From an uncultured Gammaproteobacteria bacterium (GTDB taxonomy: Bacteria; Patescibacteriota; Patescibacteriia; UBA9934), in contig CAYVLY010000001.1 of the NCBI GenBank assembly GCA_964452565.1, forward strand, positions 142,638-206,637: a DNA stretch of 64,000 nt. The letters are read 5' to 3'. The number at the start of each line of letters is the position of its first letter. The first letter of the stretch is position 1. Shown here in pieces: positions 19,247 through 28,619 of this stretch. Made by a program: the position numbers and the translations under genes. Below the pieces are notes generated by a model, which was not told the origin of the DNA, did not search any database, and was given only the letters and a program-made list of their open reading frames with translations.

Positions 19247-19318
19247 AATGTAATATGTAACAAAACTAGGTTATAAACCTAGTTTCATATACTTTGTTTT
19301 TTCTGTCGTGACAGGAAA

Positions 19319-20233
19319 TTACATCTTTCTTGTCTGGTCAAACCTAGATGACTCTTGCACCAGTCTCTTTATAAGTTTATTTATGGCCTCAAAAGTTAGG
19401 TCATCACTGTACTTTTCGTCCAGTCTTACTGCAATCTCAGATAGTTTCATGCCTTTGCGCTGCATGATGTAGGCGTCAAGGGCCTTGGGAAGTGCTTGCT
19501 TCCTACTATCCTTTCTAGCTGGCACGGGAAGTTCTTTTTCTCGTTCCTTTTGTATCTCCTTGTAATTTGTCTGAAGTAGCCTCTGCATTTCTTTTAAATT
19601 GCAATATGGCGGAAAGCTGACTTTTAAAACTGTTTCTGCACTATCTTTTTCAATTTCTATTGACAGTTTGCCACTGTGTTGTTTCCTTGTGAAATTGGAA
19701 TTCAGCCAGTATGGTGGCCCCTCACGTTCATCATAGACTGTATTTTGGATGATAATATTATCAAGAATCGGTGGAAGGAAAGTGAATTCCGCATCTTCGT
19801 ATGCCATAAACTGAGCACGCTCCTTACTCATCCCCCTTTCGGATATATATTCCTTAACTTTGAAGGGCGTGAATCTGAAGTGGTCATGCCAGTAAAGCGA
19901 TGGAATTAATTTGTATTTCTTGATCAGTTTTTCGATTCTTTTTCTATACGCATCGCTATGATTTTGCGCTATAAAATTGCGTACAATCTTGGTCGAGTCC
20001 ATGCTGTCTGTTGGAATGAGAAACTTGGGATACCATCTCTGAATCGTGCTTCTAATTAAATTCACGTCGAATACAAAGTCTTCATTTATACAGAGGTAGA
20101 CCAACTCCTCGATAATTTGCATGTCGTGATCGTCATAAAAGTTGTAAGTAGCTAACTCGTCAAAAAGAATAGCCAAGCTATCGAGTTGGATTGGTTCAGG
20201 ATCTAATATAATCTTAATCTCATCTTCATCCAT
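19319..20233 (-). CDS. hypothetical protein
   Basis: 304-aa ORF, first gene of the minus-strand island operon. Confidence 0.35.
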   Translation of the reverse strand: MDEDEIKIILDPEPIQLDSLAILFDELATYNFYDDHDMQIIEELVYLCINEDFVFDVNLIRSTIQRWYPKFLIPTDSMDSTKIVRNFIAQNHSDAYRKRIEKLIKKYKLIPSLYWHDHFRFTPFKVKEYISERGMSKERAQFMAYEDAEFTFLPPILDNIIIQNTVYDEREGPPYWLNSNFTRKQHSGKLSIEIEKDSAETVLKVSFPPYCNLKEMQRLLQTNYKEIQKEREKELPVPARKDSRKQALPKALDAYIMQRKGMKLSEIAVRLDEKYSDDLTFEAINKLIKRLVQESSRFDQTRKM

Positions 20234-20324
20234 ACTAGTAAATTACAACCTAATTATTACTTAGTAAAGGTTCACGAAAGAACTTTATCGTGGTTTAATG
20301 TAAATTGATTAAATTAAATTAGAT

Positions 20325-20948
20325 ATGGGCACAGTTACTACGATACTATTAGGACTAATTGCGTACATTTTATGGCGTATTTATAGACAGCGAGAGGATG
20401 AGAAGACCGAGCAATATGCTGCAAAATTACGAGAAAAGAGGGATGCAGAGCGGGCCATTTTTGAAAAGCAGTACCCCCATCTTATCGGCAATGTAGACCA
20501 TACTTGGATAGAGCTTTTTTCTAAGTATGCAGAACAAGGTTTGTTGTTGAAAATGTCATTCTTGCTATATCTGCAAGACTCAACAAAGATGGAGCTCTCC
20601 GAGGGCTCTATAAAATGGGATGACCTATGGGCACTCTCAGAGGAGCTGTTAGAACATCTGGAAAAGTATCACGAAGGTACAGTGGAAGAGCATGAGTTGG
20701 CACTTGCTGCATACTGGCAAAATGCCGCTACGGCTGTTGGAAAGCTAATCGAACAGAGCCCCACAATAAAGGGAGAAGATATTGACGCACCACCTTTCAC
20801 AAACATAATAGAGATTCCGAATTTTTTTCCCAAAAAAGAAATACACCCAGAGCAGGAATTTAATTTCATGGAGCCTGATCACTCTTTTCCCAGAAATGCG
20901 AATGGATCTGATCACATTAGGGCAAAAATGAAAAAACAGGGAATTTGA
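20325..20948 (+). CDS. membrane-anchored hypothetical protein
   Basis: N-terminal TM helix, 207 aa. Confidence 0.35.
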   Translation: MGTVTTILLGLIAYILWRIYRQREDEKTEQYAAKLREKRDAERAIFEKQYPHLIGNVDHTWIELFSKYAEQGLLLKMSFLLYLQDSTKMELSEGSIKWDDLWALSEELLEHLEKYHEGTVEEHELALAAYWQNAATAVGKLIEQSPTIKGEDIDAPPFTNIIEIPNFFPKKEIHPEQEFNFMEPDHSFPRNANGSDHIRAKMKKQGI

Positions 20949-20960
20949 TATTAATATAAA

Positions 20961-21860
20961 GTGGATATGGAAAATCACCTAATGTATTTAGATGAATCGG
21001 GCGTTGCGAATCTGGGAGATCAGAAACATAAATACTTTTTTATAACATCGGTAACAGTTGAAAGGAGCATTGACAGAGAGGTCTCTGCTTACTTCAGTTT
21101 CATAAAAAGGCGTCATGGATTGGATTGCAAAAATACTTTGCATGCTTATGATGTTTTTGAAAATAAGGGGCATGAAAATTACATAACAGAAAATAAAATC
21201 TGTAAAAAAATTGCCAATTCGATCGGTGAATTTGTAGAGAACGCACCTTTTGATATCAGGGTCTACTATATAGATAAAGATAAGTTAAGAAAAAAGATGG
21301 GTGTCCCTGAAGGCTATCAATTCAAAGGTGCCCAGAAGCACAAAGAGGATAAGGAGTTGCCTTATGAAATAATTGCCAGAAAACATTTCTTTGAATTTGC
21401 TAAGTATTTAAAAAAGAAGAGGGCCATCGGGTCAGTAATTGCTGAAAGTAGAAGGGGGGCTGACAAAATCCTACTAACATCATATCTAGACGCTCAAGAT
21501 AAAAATATTTTCAGTAAAGATAAACAAATGTTCAAAAATGCAACCCTCGCCAAAGAACACATACATTCTATTTGTTTTGCTGGTAAGGGAAGTCTGAAAG
21601 GTGGGCTAGAATTTGCTGATATTATTTCTTATTGCGCATACAATGACATTGCTGGCAATTTCCCAGAACAAAGGAATGACAGTAGGGGCATCAAAGTAAT
21701 GTGGGGGCAAATAAAAAAACAGATTTATAAATCTGCTCCTCAAGAAATTACGCCTGCCATGATGAAGAAATTGGCAAATGATAGGATTAACGAGAGCGCC
21801 AAGCGTGTTAAGCAGAGACTGTCTGAATTCAGCGACCTCGTGAATCCCACCCGAAGGTAA
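20961..21860 (+). CDS. hypothetical protein, DUF3800-like (LDESG motif near N-terminus)
   Basis: MYLDESGVANLGD... start resembles DUF3800 family proteins. Confidence 0.3.
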   Translation: MDMENHLMYLDESGVANLGDQKHKYFFITSVTVERSIDREVSAYFSFIKRRHGLDCKNTLHAYDVFENKGHENYITENKICKKIANSIGEFVENAPFDIRVYYIDKDKLRKKMGVPEGYQFKGAQKHKEDKELPYEIIARKHFFEFAKYLKKKRAIGSVIAESRRGADKILLTSYLDAQDKNIFSKDKQMFKNATLAKEHIHSICFAGKGSLKGGLEFADIISYCAYNDIAGNFPEQRNDSRGIKVMWGQIKKQIYKSAPQEITPAMMKKLANDRINESAKRVKQRLSEFSDLVNPTRR

Positions 21861-21958
21861 GAGTCCACTTAACTAAAAAGTAACAGTTATTTAGGCGATA
21901 GTAAAGTGGATATTTATTGAAATTGATTAAATGAGCTAATTTTACACTACTTTTAGCT

Positions 21959-22570
21959 ATGAATGCTATCAAAGAAAAGTTGCTAAAGACTATAAGATCA
22001 AATATAAAGTATAAATCTATACAGGATATAGATCGTATTGATTTCAAGTCCTTTAAAGCACTTATAAGGGCAGTTGAGATGGGTGAAATAAAATTAGGCA
22101 TGGATAACACCGCTGCTAATCAACTGGCAAGAACGAAGATATTTGGAGCTTTTAGCTTTTACCTTTTTATGTTCCTAGCAGCGTCTTGGATGTGGGTTTC
22201 CATTGCTGCGATTGTATTGGCCGTTTTAATGTCGGAATATTGGCTACTGGCTGCTATCCCAGTTTCTATTATCGGGTTGATGACTGCTAATCCGTATAAT
22301 CCAGCAAAAAAGTTTTTTAGCCTAGTATTCATCATTCTCTGCATTTACGTATTATTCGGATTAATAGGTGGCTTTGAGACACTGCACTATTTGTCACTCT
22401 CCTACGTTATTGTATTTCTGGCGACAGCCTATGTTTATGACATGAACCAAAAGCTAATGCATGATTTAGCACTGGAGTCGGAGGAATGGTTTATTTATCT
22501 ATTTCAAAGTAGAGCCGTAGCGATTTTGGAAGATGGCAAGAATCCTATAACGGAAGAGATCGAGTTATGA
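21959..22570 (+). CDS. polytopic membrane hypothetical protein
   Basis: Several hydrophobic helices. Confidence 0.35.
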   Translation: MNAIKEKLLKTIRSNIKYKSIQDIDRIDFKSFKALIRAVEMGEIKLGMDNTAANQLARTKIFGAFSFYLFMFLAASWMWVSIAAIVLAVLMSEYWLLAAIPVSIIGLMTANPYNPAKKFFSLVFIILCIYVLFGLIGGFETLHYLSLSYVIVFLATAYVYDMNQKLMHDLALESEEWFIYLFQSRAVAILEDGKNPITEEIEL

Positions 22571-23223
22571 ATGAGTATTCAAAAGAACTAGCTGCGAAAT
22601 ACACTCAAGGGCGTGATGAGTTTAAGGATGCTGACTCAAAGCTCTTTGAATTTGTACAACGAGTTGGCATTGAAGATAAGGACGTGCTGGATCTTGGATG
22701 TGGAGATGGAAGATATGCTGCAAAGTTTATCGAAATGGGTGCAGGGAGTGCTAAGGGTATTGATATAAGCCCTGCAATGATTGAATTGGCCAAGGAGCGA
22801 CGAAGTAACATCGAATTCACAATTGGAGACGCAGTAGATTTGCCATATGAAGATAATAGCTTTGACATTATCTTTAGCAACTTTGTACTTCAGCACTGTA
22901 AAGATACTCGAAAGGTCTTTAATGAAATTGCACGAGTATTAAGAAAAGATGGATATTTTGTCGGTACATTTAACTCAATAGACACTGATAATAAGGGAAT
23001 CCTGAATCAGGAGATGCCCATTCTACTCGGTCAAGATAATCCAATTACTGTTTACGACCTAATGAAGCTCGATGAAGAGTATCTTGAAGCCATTAAAGAC
23101 GCTGGACTGGAAGTGATTGAATACGTCGACGAACCAAATGCCTGCGCCTTTATAGATCCAAATTTCGAGCACTATTCGGATATTAAAAAGTTAAAGACTA
23201 TCGCTTGTTTGTTAAGAAAATAA
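22567..23223 (+). CDS. class I SAM-dependent methyltransferase
   Basis: Motif I VLDLGCGDGRY; DIIFSNFVLQH. Confidence 0.65.
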   Translation: MNEYSKELAAKYTQGRDEFKDADSKLFEFVQRVGIEDKDVLDLGCGDGRYAAKFIEMGAGSAKGIDISPAMIELAKERRSNIEFTIGDAVDLPYEDNSFDIIFSNFVLQHCKDTRKVFNEIARVLRKDGYFVGTFNSIDTDNKGILNQEMPILLGQDNPITVYDLMKLDEEYLEAIKDAGLEVIEYVDEPNACAFIDPNFEHYSDIKKLKTIACLLRK

Positions 23224-23224
23224 T

Positions 23225-23725
23225 ATGAACATTGCATTAGATGATAAGCTGGAGAAAGCAGTCCGACTGCTCATTGAGTACGTTCCTGAGGAAAAGGATC
23301 GAAAAAAGAACATAATTACACATGCTCTCAGGGTCGGAATGTACCTTTATGAGAATAATTACTCAGAAGATGTTGTAATTGCTGGATTTTTACACGATAT
23401 AGTTGAATGGACTGATAGCCCGCAGGAGACACTTCGGGAAGAATTCGGTCAGCATGTGTTGGATATAGTACTCGCAAATACTAAAGATAGAAATATTGAA
23501 GATAAGCCAGAGCGAAGAAGGGATATGATTGAGCGCTGTCAAAGCGTTGGGAAGGACGCCCTTATCGTGAAGGCCGCAGACACAATTGATAGCTATAACT
23601 TTTATAGATCGGCAAACAACCCAGATGAGACGCAAAGAGCAATCGACATAGCAAAACTTTTATCAAGCGTGGTTACACAGGAGGAGAAAGATCCAATTTT
23701 CGATAAGTTAAGTGCTCTTGAATAG
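23225..23725 (+). CDS. HD-domain phosphohydrolase
   Basis: HALRVGMYL ... AGFLHDIVE (H...HD motif). Confidence 0.6.
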   Translation: MNIALDDKLEKAVRLLIEYVPEEKDRKKNIITHALRVGMYLYENNYSEDVVIAGFLHDIVEWTDSPQETLREEFGQHVLDIVLANTKDRNIEDKPERRRDMIERCQSVGKDALIVKAADTIDSYNFYRSANNPDETQRAIDIAKLLSSVVTQEEKDPIFDKLSALE

Positions 23726-24172
23726 TTCTAACAGCATCAACCGTGCGGAGCCATGAAGGAGTGACCAGTTTTGGTCGCTTTTTCTTTTTGGTCACCCTTC
23801 ATGGCTGTCGCCCTAAGTGATACGAGCCCAGCGAGTATCTACTTCTGGGCGAGCCATAGTATAATTAGGGCATGTATTACGTTTACATATTAAAATGTAG
23901 CGACAACAAATTCTACACGTGATACTCTGCAGACTTAAAGAAAAGGTTGCAATTACACCTATCTGGACGAGTGTTCTCGACCAAGGGTAGATTGCCAGTC
24001 GAGTTAGTATTCTATGAGGCATTTATAAATCAGCAAGATGCCAAGCGTCGTGAGATGTACTTGAAGACCACTGCTGGCAAAAGAGCAATTAAACTCATGC
24101 TTCGCAAATATCTCGCAAAACAATAACTTACAGTGTTATTTTGTATACCCATCGTGAACAGCGGAACTGTGG
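23721..24172 (+). repeat. direct repeat copy 1 (~450 bp) carrying GIY-YIG gene; near-identical to 25603..26054
   Basis: Identical sequence apart from the first ~25 nt; contains long hairpin GCCATGAAGGAGTGACC...GGTCACCCTTCATGGC, a TATAAT box, the GIY-YIG ORF and a terminal hairpin. Confidence 0.85.
23872..24126 (+). pseudogene. GIY-YIG (UPF0213) gene with in-frame TGA at conserved Gly codon (disrupted under code 11; intact if UGA=Gly)
   Basis: MYYVYILKCSDNKFYT[TGA]YSADLKKRLQLHLSG...LVFYEAF...; TGA at 23920-23922 replaces the Gly of the YTG motif. Confidence 0.6.
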
Positions 24173-24204
24173 TAAAATTATAAGTGTTAATATAATTGTG
24201 ATTT

Positions 24205-25065
24205 ATGATAGATAAACCAGTTCCCGAGGAGGCAAGAAAAGAATTTGAAAGGATGCAAAATCCAGAAATTGTCGCAACTGATTTAGAGGGTAATGCTCCT
24301 GAAGTTGGTGCTACAAAAATTATTATGCAGAGGCATGAAAAATATGTGCGGGGCGATGACGAGGGTCAGCCATTGGGTAGTCTAACTGAAGAATCAGCAG
24401 AAAAAGCATATCAACAAAGCAGAAGAATAGTTGAACAAATGCTAGATTCTATTGAGGATGATTTAGATGAGATCGATTTTCTTGTAGTTGGCAGTAGTAC
24501 ACAATATAAGGGCAAGGGACAAAGGAGCAGAGAGACTGCACAGCAAGCACTTCAAGCTTTACGTGACGTGCTTGAAGAGAGGGGTGTTGATGGTGGTCAG
24601 ATATTAAACAATAGATCAAAAGCAAAAGATGTAGCCACGATCACTCGAATGAGAGTAGATAGGATATTCAATGAATGGCCAGAGTACGCAGCTTTTCTTG
24701 AAGATAAATACGGAAATCAAACACAAAAATTTTGGCAGGCTTTTGAAGAAGATTGGCACCCTTATGAAAGAAGGGCATTTGGTGCAGAGGGGCCTGATGA
24801 AATGGACGAAAGATTTGCAAGTTATATAAAAACACTTGCTAAGTTTTCCGGTTTTCACCATTCAAAGCATCAAGATAGACGGCTGGTTCTCTGGAGCGTA
24901 TCGCATTACGATACAGTAAGTCCCTATATAAAACGTCACATAACTATGACGGATCCAAACCAATATGTGGCTGTTGATTACGGTGCAGGGATCAATATAG
25001 ATATTGATCCTGATGGGAATCCTACATGTGACTTTCGTGGGAAAAAATACGAAGTTAGTCTTTAG
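24205..25065 (+). CDS. histidine-phosphatase-superfamily-like protein (paralog of 28620..29522)
   Basis: RHEKY near N-terminus and LWSVSHYDTV (RH...SH motifs); aligns with the 28620 ORF. Confidence 0.4.
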   Translation: MIDKPVPEEARKEFERMQNPEIVATDLEGNAPEVGATKIIMQRHEKYVRGDDEGQPLGSLTEESAEKAYQQSRRIVEQMLDSIEDDLDEIDFLVVGSSTQYKGKGQRSRETAQQALQALRDVLEERGVDGGQILNNRSKAKDVATITRMRVDRIFNEWPEYAAFLEDKYGNQTQKFWQAFEEDWHPYERRAFGAEGPDEMDERFASYIKTLAKFSGFHHSKHQDRRLVLWSVSHYDTVSPYIKRHITMTDPNQYVAVDYGAGINIDIDPDGNPTCDFRGKKYEVSL

Positions 25066-25067
25066 AT

Positions 25068-25595
25068 ATGCTTACAAAGTTTTGTGACGCAGAAACGATC
25101 TTCAATAAGTTTCTAAAAAAGTATAAACAACATAAACGAGGTCTTTTCATCGTTGCACCATCGGGCGCAGGAAAGACATATTATGTTAATCATCAGGATG
25201 AATATGATTGGATTGATGGTGACGAAATTTGGATGGCAACAGGCGCTCAGCCTGACAGGGCATGGTGGACCGAGGGTTTAGAAGTTATAAATCACGTAGA
25301 TCAAAGGTGCGATGTTACAACTGAAGAGTGTAGACGTTTGGGATTATGGGTGATAGGAGCGTCCAACTCTTGGCTCATCCCTGATGCCGTAGTAATTCCA
25401 GATTTAAGAATTCAAAAAAAATACATAGTCAAGCGTGAAGACGAAGCATATGACGGAGGTGCAACGAGCAAGGACTTTGATCAAGTTATTTCTCATAGAA
25501 AGATAATTCTAAACCACGCTAAGAAAAATAAAGTGCCAGTATTCAAAACTATCGAGGAGGCAGTGGCTTTTCTCAGGAAGAAGTACAGTATGTAA
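25068..25595 (+). CDS. P-loop NTPase / small kinase-like protein
   Basis: Walker A VAPSGAGKTYYV. Confidence 0.45.
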   Translation: MLTKFCDAETIFNKFLKKYKQHKRGLFIVAPSGAGKTYYVNHQDEYDWIDGDEIWMATGAQPDRAWWTEGLEVINHVDQRCDVTTEECRRLGLWVIGASNSWLIPDAVVIPDLRIQKKYIVKREDEAYDGGATSKDFDQVISHRKIILNHAKKNKVPVFKTIEEAVAFLRKKYSM

Positions 25596-25602
25596 GCATG
25601 TT

Positions 25603-26054
25603 AATAGTTCTAATATCCTCCACGATGCGGAGCCATGAAGGAGTGACCAGTTTTGGTCGCTTTTTCTTTTTGGTCACCCTTCATGGCTGTCGCCCTAAGT
25701 GATACGAGCCCAGCGAGTATCTACTTCTGGGCGAGCCATAGTATAATTAGGGCATGTATTACGTTTACATATTAAAATGTAGCGACAACAAATTCTACAC
25801 GTGATACTCTGCAGACTTAAAGAAAAGGTTGCAATTACACCTATCTGGACGAGTGTTCTCGACCAAGGGTAGATTGCCAGTCGAGTTAGTATTCTATGAG
25901 GCATTTATAAATCAGCAAGATGCCAAGCGTCGTGAGATGTACTTGAAGACCACTGCTGGCAAAAGAGCAATTAAACTCATGCTTCGCAAATATCTCGCAA
26001 AACAATAACTTACAGTGTTATTTTGTATACCCATCGTGAACAGCGGAACTGTCA
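25603..26054 (+). repeat. direct repeat copy 2 (~450 bp) carrying GIY-YIG gene
   Basis: Offset 1882 bp from copy 1, identical interior. Confidence 0.85.
25754..26008 (+). pseudogene. GIY-YIG (UPF0213) gene copy 2 with the same in-frame TGA (25802-25804)
   Basis: Identical to 23872..24126. Confidence 0.6.
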
Positions 26055-26068
26055 TAAAATATGAAGTT

Positions 26069-26719
26069 ATGAAATTCTATTTATCATCCTATAAAATTGG
26101 GTCAGAAGATTCACAGGCCAAGTTCAAAAACTTACTTGGTGACAATAAAAAAGCTGCCTATATCTCTAATGGTCTTGACTTGGCTCCTTCTGAGGCAAAG
26201 AAAAAACATGAAGAACGAGATATTAGAGAGCTCAATGGAGTTGGTCTGCAAGTCGAACAGGTTGATTTAAGAAATTACTTCGGTAAAAAGGACGATATCA
26301 GAGTTAAGTTAACAGGCTTTGGTGTTTTTTACTTAAGCGGGGGCAACGTTTACGATCTCCGCATTGCCATGAATCTTAGCGGTCTAGATGAAATACTTCT
26401 AGAACTTGTAGATTCAGATATTATTTATTCAGGTTACAGTGCAGTAGTTTGTGTTCTCTCACCAACACTGAAGGGCTACCATATCATCGATGATCCAAAT
26501 AAAAAAACGTATGGGAACTACGATACAATCTGGAAAGGGCTCGGATTCATTAGCTGGCAATTTGCGCCACACTTTAATTCCGACCATGAAGAGTCAGAAG
26601 ATATAAATAAAGAAGTTGCTTATTACACTGAAAATGACATGCCTTATAAAACGCTGGCAGATGGCGACGTCATTATTTTGCAAAGAGAGGAGTTAGACGG
26701 CCCCGCAATTATGAAGTAG
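26069..26719 (+). CDS. peptidase S51-like (dipeptidase E/cyanophycinase family) protein
   Basis: FYLSGGNVYDL and YSGYSAVVCVL resemble the GGNTF and SAG motifs of peptidase E; start chosen after the repeat. Confidence 0.45.
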   Translation: MKFYLSSYKIGSEDSQAKFKNLLGDNKKAAYISNGLDLAPSEAKKKHEERDIRELNGVGLQVEQVDLRNYFGKKDDIRVKLTGFGVFYLSGGNVYDLRIAMNLSGLDEILLELVDSDIIYSGYSAVVCVLSPTLKGYHIIDDPNKKTYGNYDTIWKGLGFISWQFAPHFNSDHEESEDINKEVAYYTENDMPYKTLADGDVIILQREELDGPAIMK

Positions 26720-26834
26720 ATTAACAAACGGAGCCACAAAAAGAGATAGGTATAATACATATCTCTTTTTGTTGTTTCGTGTCTGAGGGTTTTAAGCCAC
26801 TGGGTTCGGGCAGCTAGGATATAGGGAGGTGCCC

Positions 26835-26863
26835 TTGACTAGAATGATGTAAACATATACATT
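26835..26863 (+). promoter_or_regulatory. candidate sigma70 promoter of deoD cassette
   Basis: TTGACT-17nt-TACATT, then strong SD AAGGAGG 8 nt before ATG. Confidence 0.3.
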
Positions 26864-26898
26864 CTTTGTGACCTGGATTCCAACAAGGAGGTGAACCC

Positions 26899-27639
26899 AT
26901 GTCGATTCATATCGGAGCCAAGGAAGGGGAAATCGCCCCTGTCGTCCTCATGCCTGGGGACCCTGCGCGTGCCCGGCGCATCGCACAGAGCTTGTTCGGT
27001 GCTGACACCAGGCCTTACCACAAAGTGCGTGACAACCCAAGCTTCACCGGCCGTGTCACTCGGGACGGAGTCGAACTTCACGTCTCGGTGCAGGCATCGG
27101 GCATGGGCATACCCTCGTTCGGGATCTACGCTACAGAACTCTACGATGAGTACGATGTCAAGGTCATCATCCGCGTGGGCACGTTCGGTATCATGCATCC
27201 GGACATGAGCCCTGGAGATCTCGCTATCGCCCAGTGCGCGAGCACAGATGCGAGCTTCATCAAGCGCTGGTTCAAGGGTGCGAACTTCTCCCCACCCGCT
27301 GACCCTGAGCTGCTCTTCAATGCTCAGATGGCCGCACGCGAGCAAGGCCTGCAGGTACGTGTCGGCAACATCCTGAGCACTGACATCTTCTATGACAAGG
27401 ATCATCCGGAAGCGTGGAAGCTCTGGCCGCGCTTCGGTATACTAGGTGTTGAGATGGAGGCAGCGATGCTCTACACGCTTGCCGCACGCAGGCATGACAA
27501 GGGCTGTCGCGCACTCGCCATCCTCACTGCCAGCGACCACCTCGAGACGGGCGCTCAGATGAGTGCCGAGGAGCGCGAGACCTGCTTCCCAAGGATGCTC
27601 GACCTCGCCCTGGCTAGCGTCGTGCCTCTCTACGCCTGA
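26899..27639 (+). CDS. deoD: purine nucleoside phosphorylase, DeoD-type (high-GC, foreign-looking)
   Basis: MSIHIGAKEGEIAPVVLMPGDPARARRIA...GMGIPS...ILGVEMEAA... matches DeoD-type PNP throughout; GC-rich codon usage unlike neighbours. Confidence 0.85.
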   Translation: MSIHIGAKEGEIAPVVLMPGDPARARRIAQSLFGADTRPYHKVRDNPSFTGRVTRDGVELHVSVQASGMGIPSFGIYATELYDEYDVKVIIRVGTFGIMHPDMSPGDLAIAQCASTDASFIKRWFKGANFSPPADPELLFNAQMAAREQGLQVRVGNILSTDIFYDKDHPEAWKLWPRFGILGVEMEAAMLYTLAARRHDKGCRALAILTASDHLETGAQMSAEERETCFPRMLDLALASVVPLYA

Positions 27640-27673
27640 TCCGCAGTCGATTTCATCGTGACCATGCATGGTC

Positions 27674-27711
27674 CTCCCGCCCCAAGCTCTCTGAGCTGCG
27701 GCGGGATTTTT
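27674..27711 (+). terminator. rho-independent terminator of deoD cassette
   Basis: CCCGCC...GCGGCGGG hairpin followed by ATTTTT. Confidence 0.55.
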
Positions 27712-27754
27712 GCTAGAATGATGATGTTATAAGGAACTGGAAAAGTTTAACAAG

Positions 27755-27832
27755 ATGATGATCGGACGAGAACGGAAGATGGTTGAGCTAAAGAAACGAA
27801 TAGCTGAACTTGAAAAATCTCAAAATGGATAG
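27755..27832 (+). pseudogene. 25-codon remnant homologous to C-terminal coiled-coil of PAS protein at 2..496
   Basis: MMIGRERKMVELKKRIAELEKSQNG vs ...MTGREEKMMELKKELKVARSK. Confidence 0.35.
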
Positions 27833-27955
27833 CTCCAAATAGTATCAAACAGATGGAATAACAGAATTAAATAAAAAACACCCATAAACCGCTATTGGGT
27901 GTTTTTTATTTTTATAGATGCACCATAAGGCAAGAATTTGCTATAATATACAGAT

Positions 27956-28618
27956 ATGAAGTTAGAACTAAATGCCAAGAAAATACTTAAAACGCTCCTG
28001 CTTATCAATCTCATTTTGATAATCATGCACCTTATTTCGCAGTTCATGCTTTTAAATTTTGAGTATTCTGAGGCGCTTGCGAACTTTGCATTTAGATTTA
28101 ACATGGATGTTGAATCAAGTGTCCCAACATGGTTCGCTATTGTACTTTTATTTTCAACAGCACTACTCCTATTACTTATTGGTCTGAAGACGCGAAAAAA
28201 GAAGCAAAAAAAGTACTGGCTTGCGCTTTCTGCAGTTGTTCTATATATGAGCATTGATGAGGCCTCGGTTATACACGAGCTAATGAATGAGCCAATGCAA
28301 CAATTATTTGGTATTACAAGCGGGCCTTTGTTCTTTGCCTGGATCATACCTTTCTCATTGGTAGTATTGATTGTGGTGGCTGTATTTGCAAAATTTTACT
28401 GGTCGTTAGATCGTAAAACAAAATTGCTATTCGCGTTGGCTGTGAGCCTATTCATCCTTGGCGCAATAGGCGTTGAAATGATCTCAGCGGCACACTGGCA
28501 ATCACAGGACTTCCAGTACGACTACACCTACCGCATCCTCAATGCCTTTGAGGAGGGCTTGGAGAACTTTGGAACGATAACCGCAATCTACGCACTTAGC
28601 TTAAAACTAACAAAATAA
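27956..28618 (+). CDS. polytopic membrane hypothetical protein
   Basis: 220 aa, multiple TM helices. Confidence 0.4.
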   Translation: MKLELNAKKILKTLLLINLILIIMHLISQFMLLNFEYSEALANFAFRFNMDVESSVPTWFAIVLLFSTALLLLLIGLKTRKKKQKKYWLALSAVVLYMSIDEASVIHELMNEPMQQLFGITSGPLFFAWIIPFSLVVLIVVAVFAKFYWSLDRKTKLLFALAVSLFILGAIGVEMISAAHWQSQDFQYDYTYRILNAFEEGLENFGTITAIYALSLKLTK

Positions 28619-28619
28619 T

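Noticed and set aside
23813-24022. 69-aa minus-strand ORF inside each 450-bp repeat (also 25695..25904)
   Set aside because: It is antisense to the GIY-YIG reading frame, which has clear family similarity.
26839-27669. ORFs 26839..27405(-), 26891..27208(+), 27317..27514(-), 27442..27669(-)
   Set aside because: They are shadow ORFs inside or antisense to the high-GC deoD gene; high GC suppresses stop codons.
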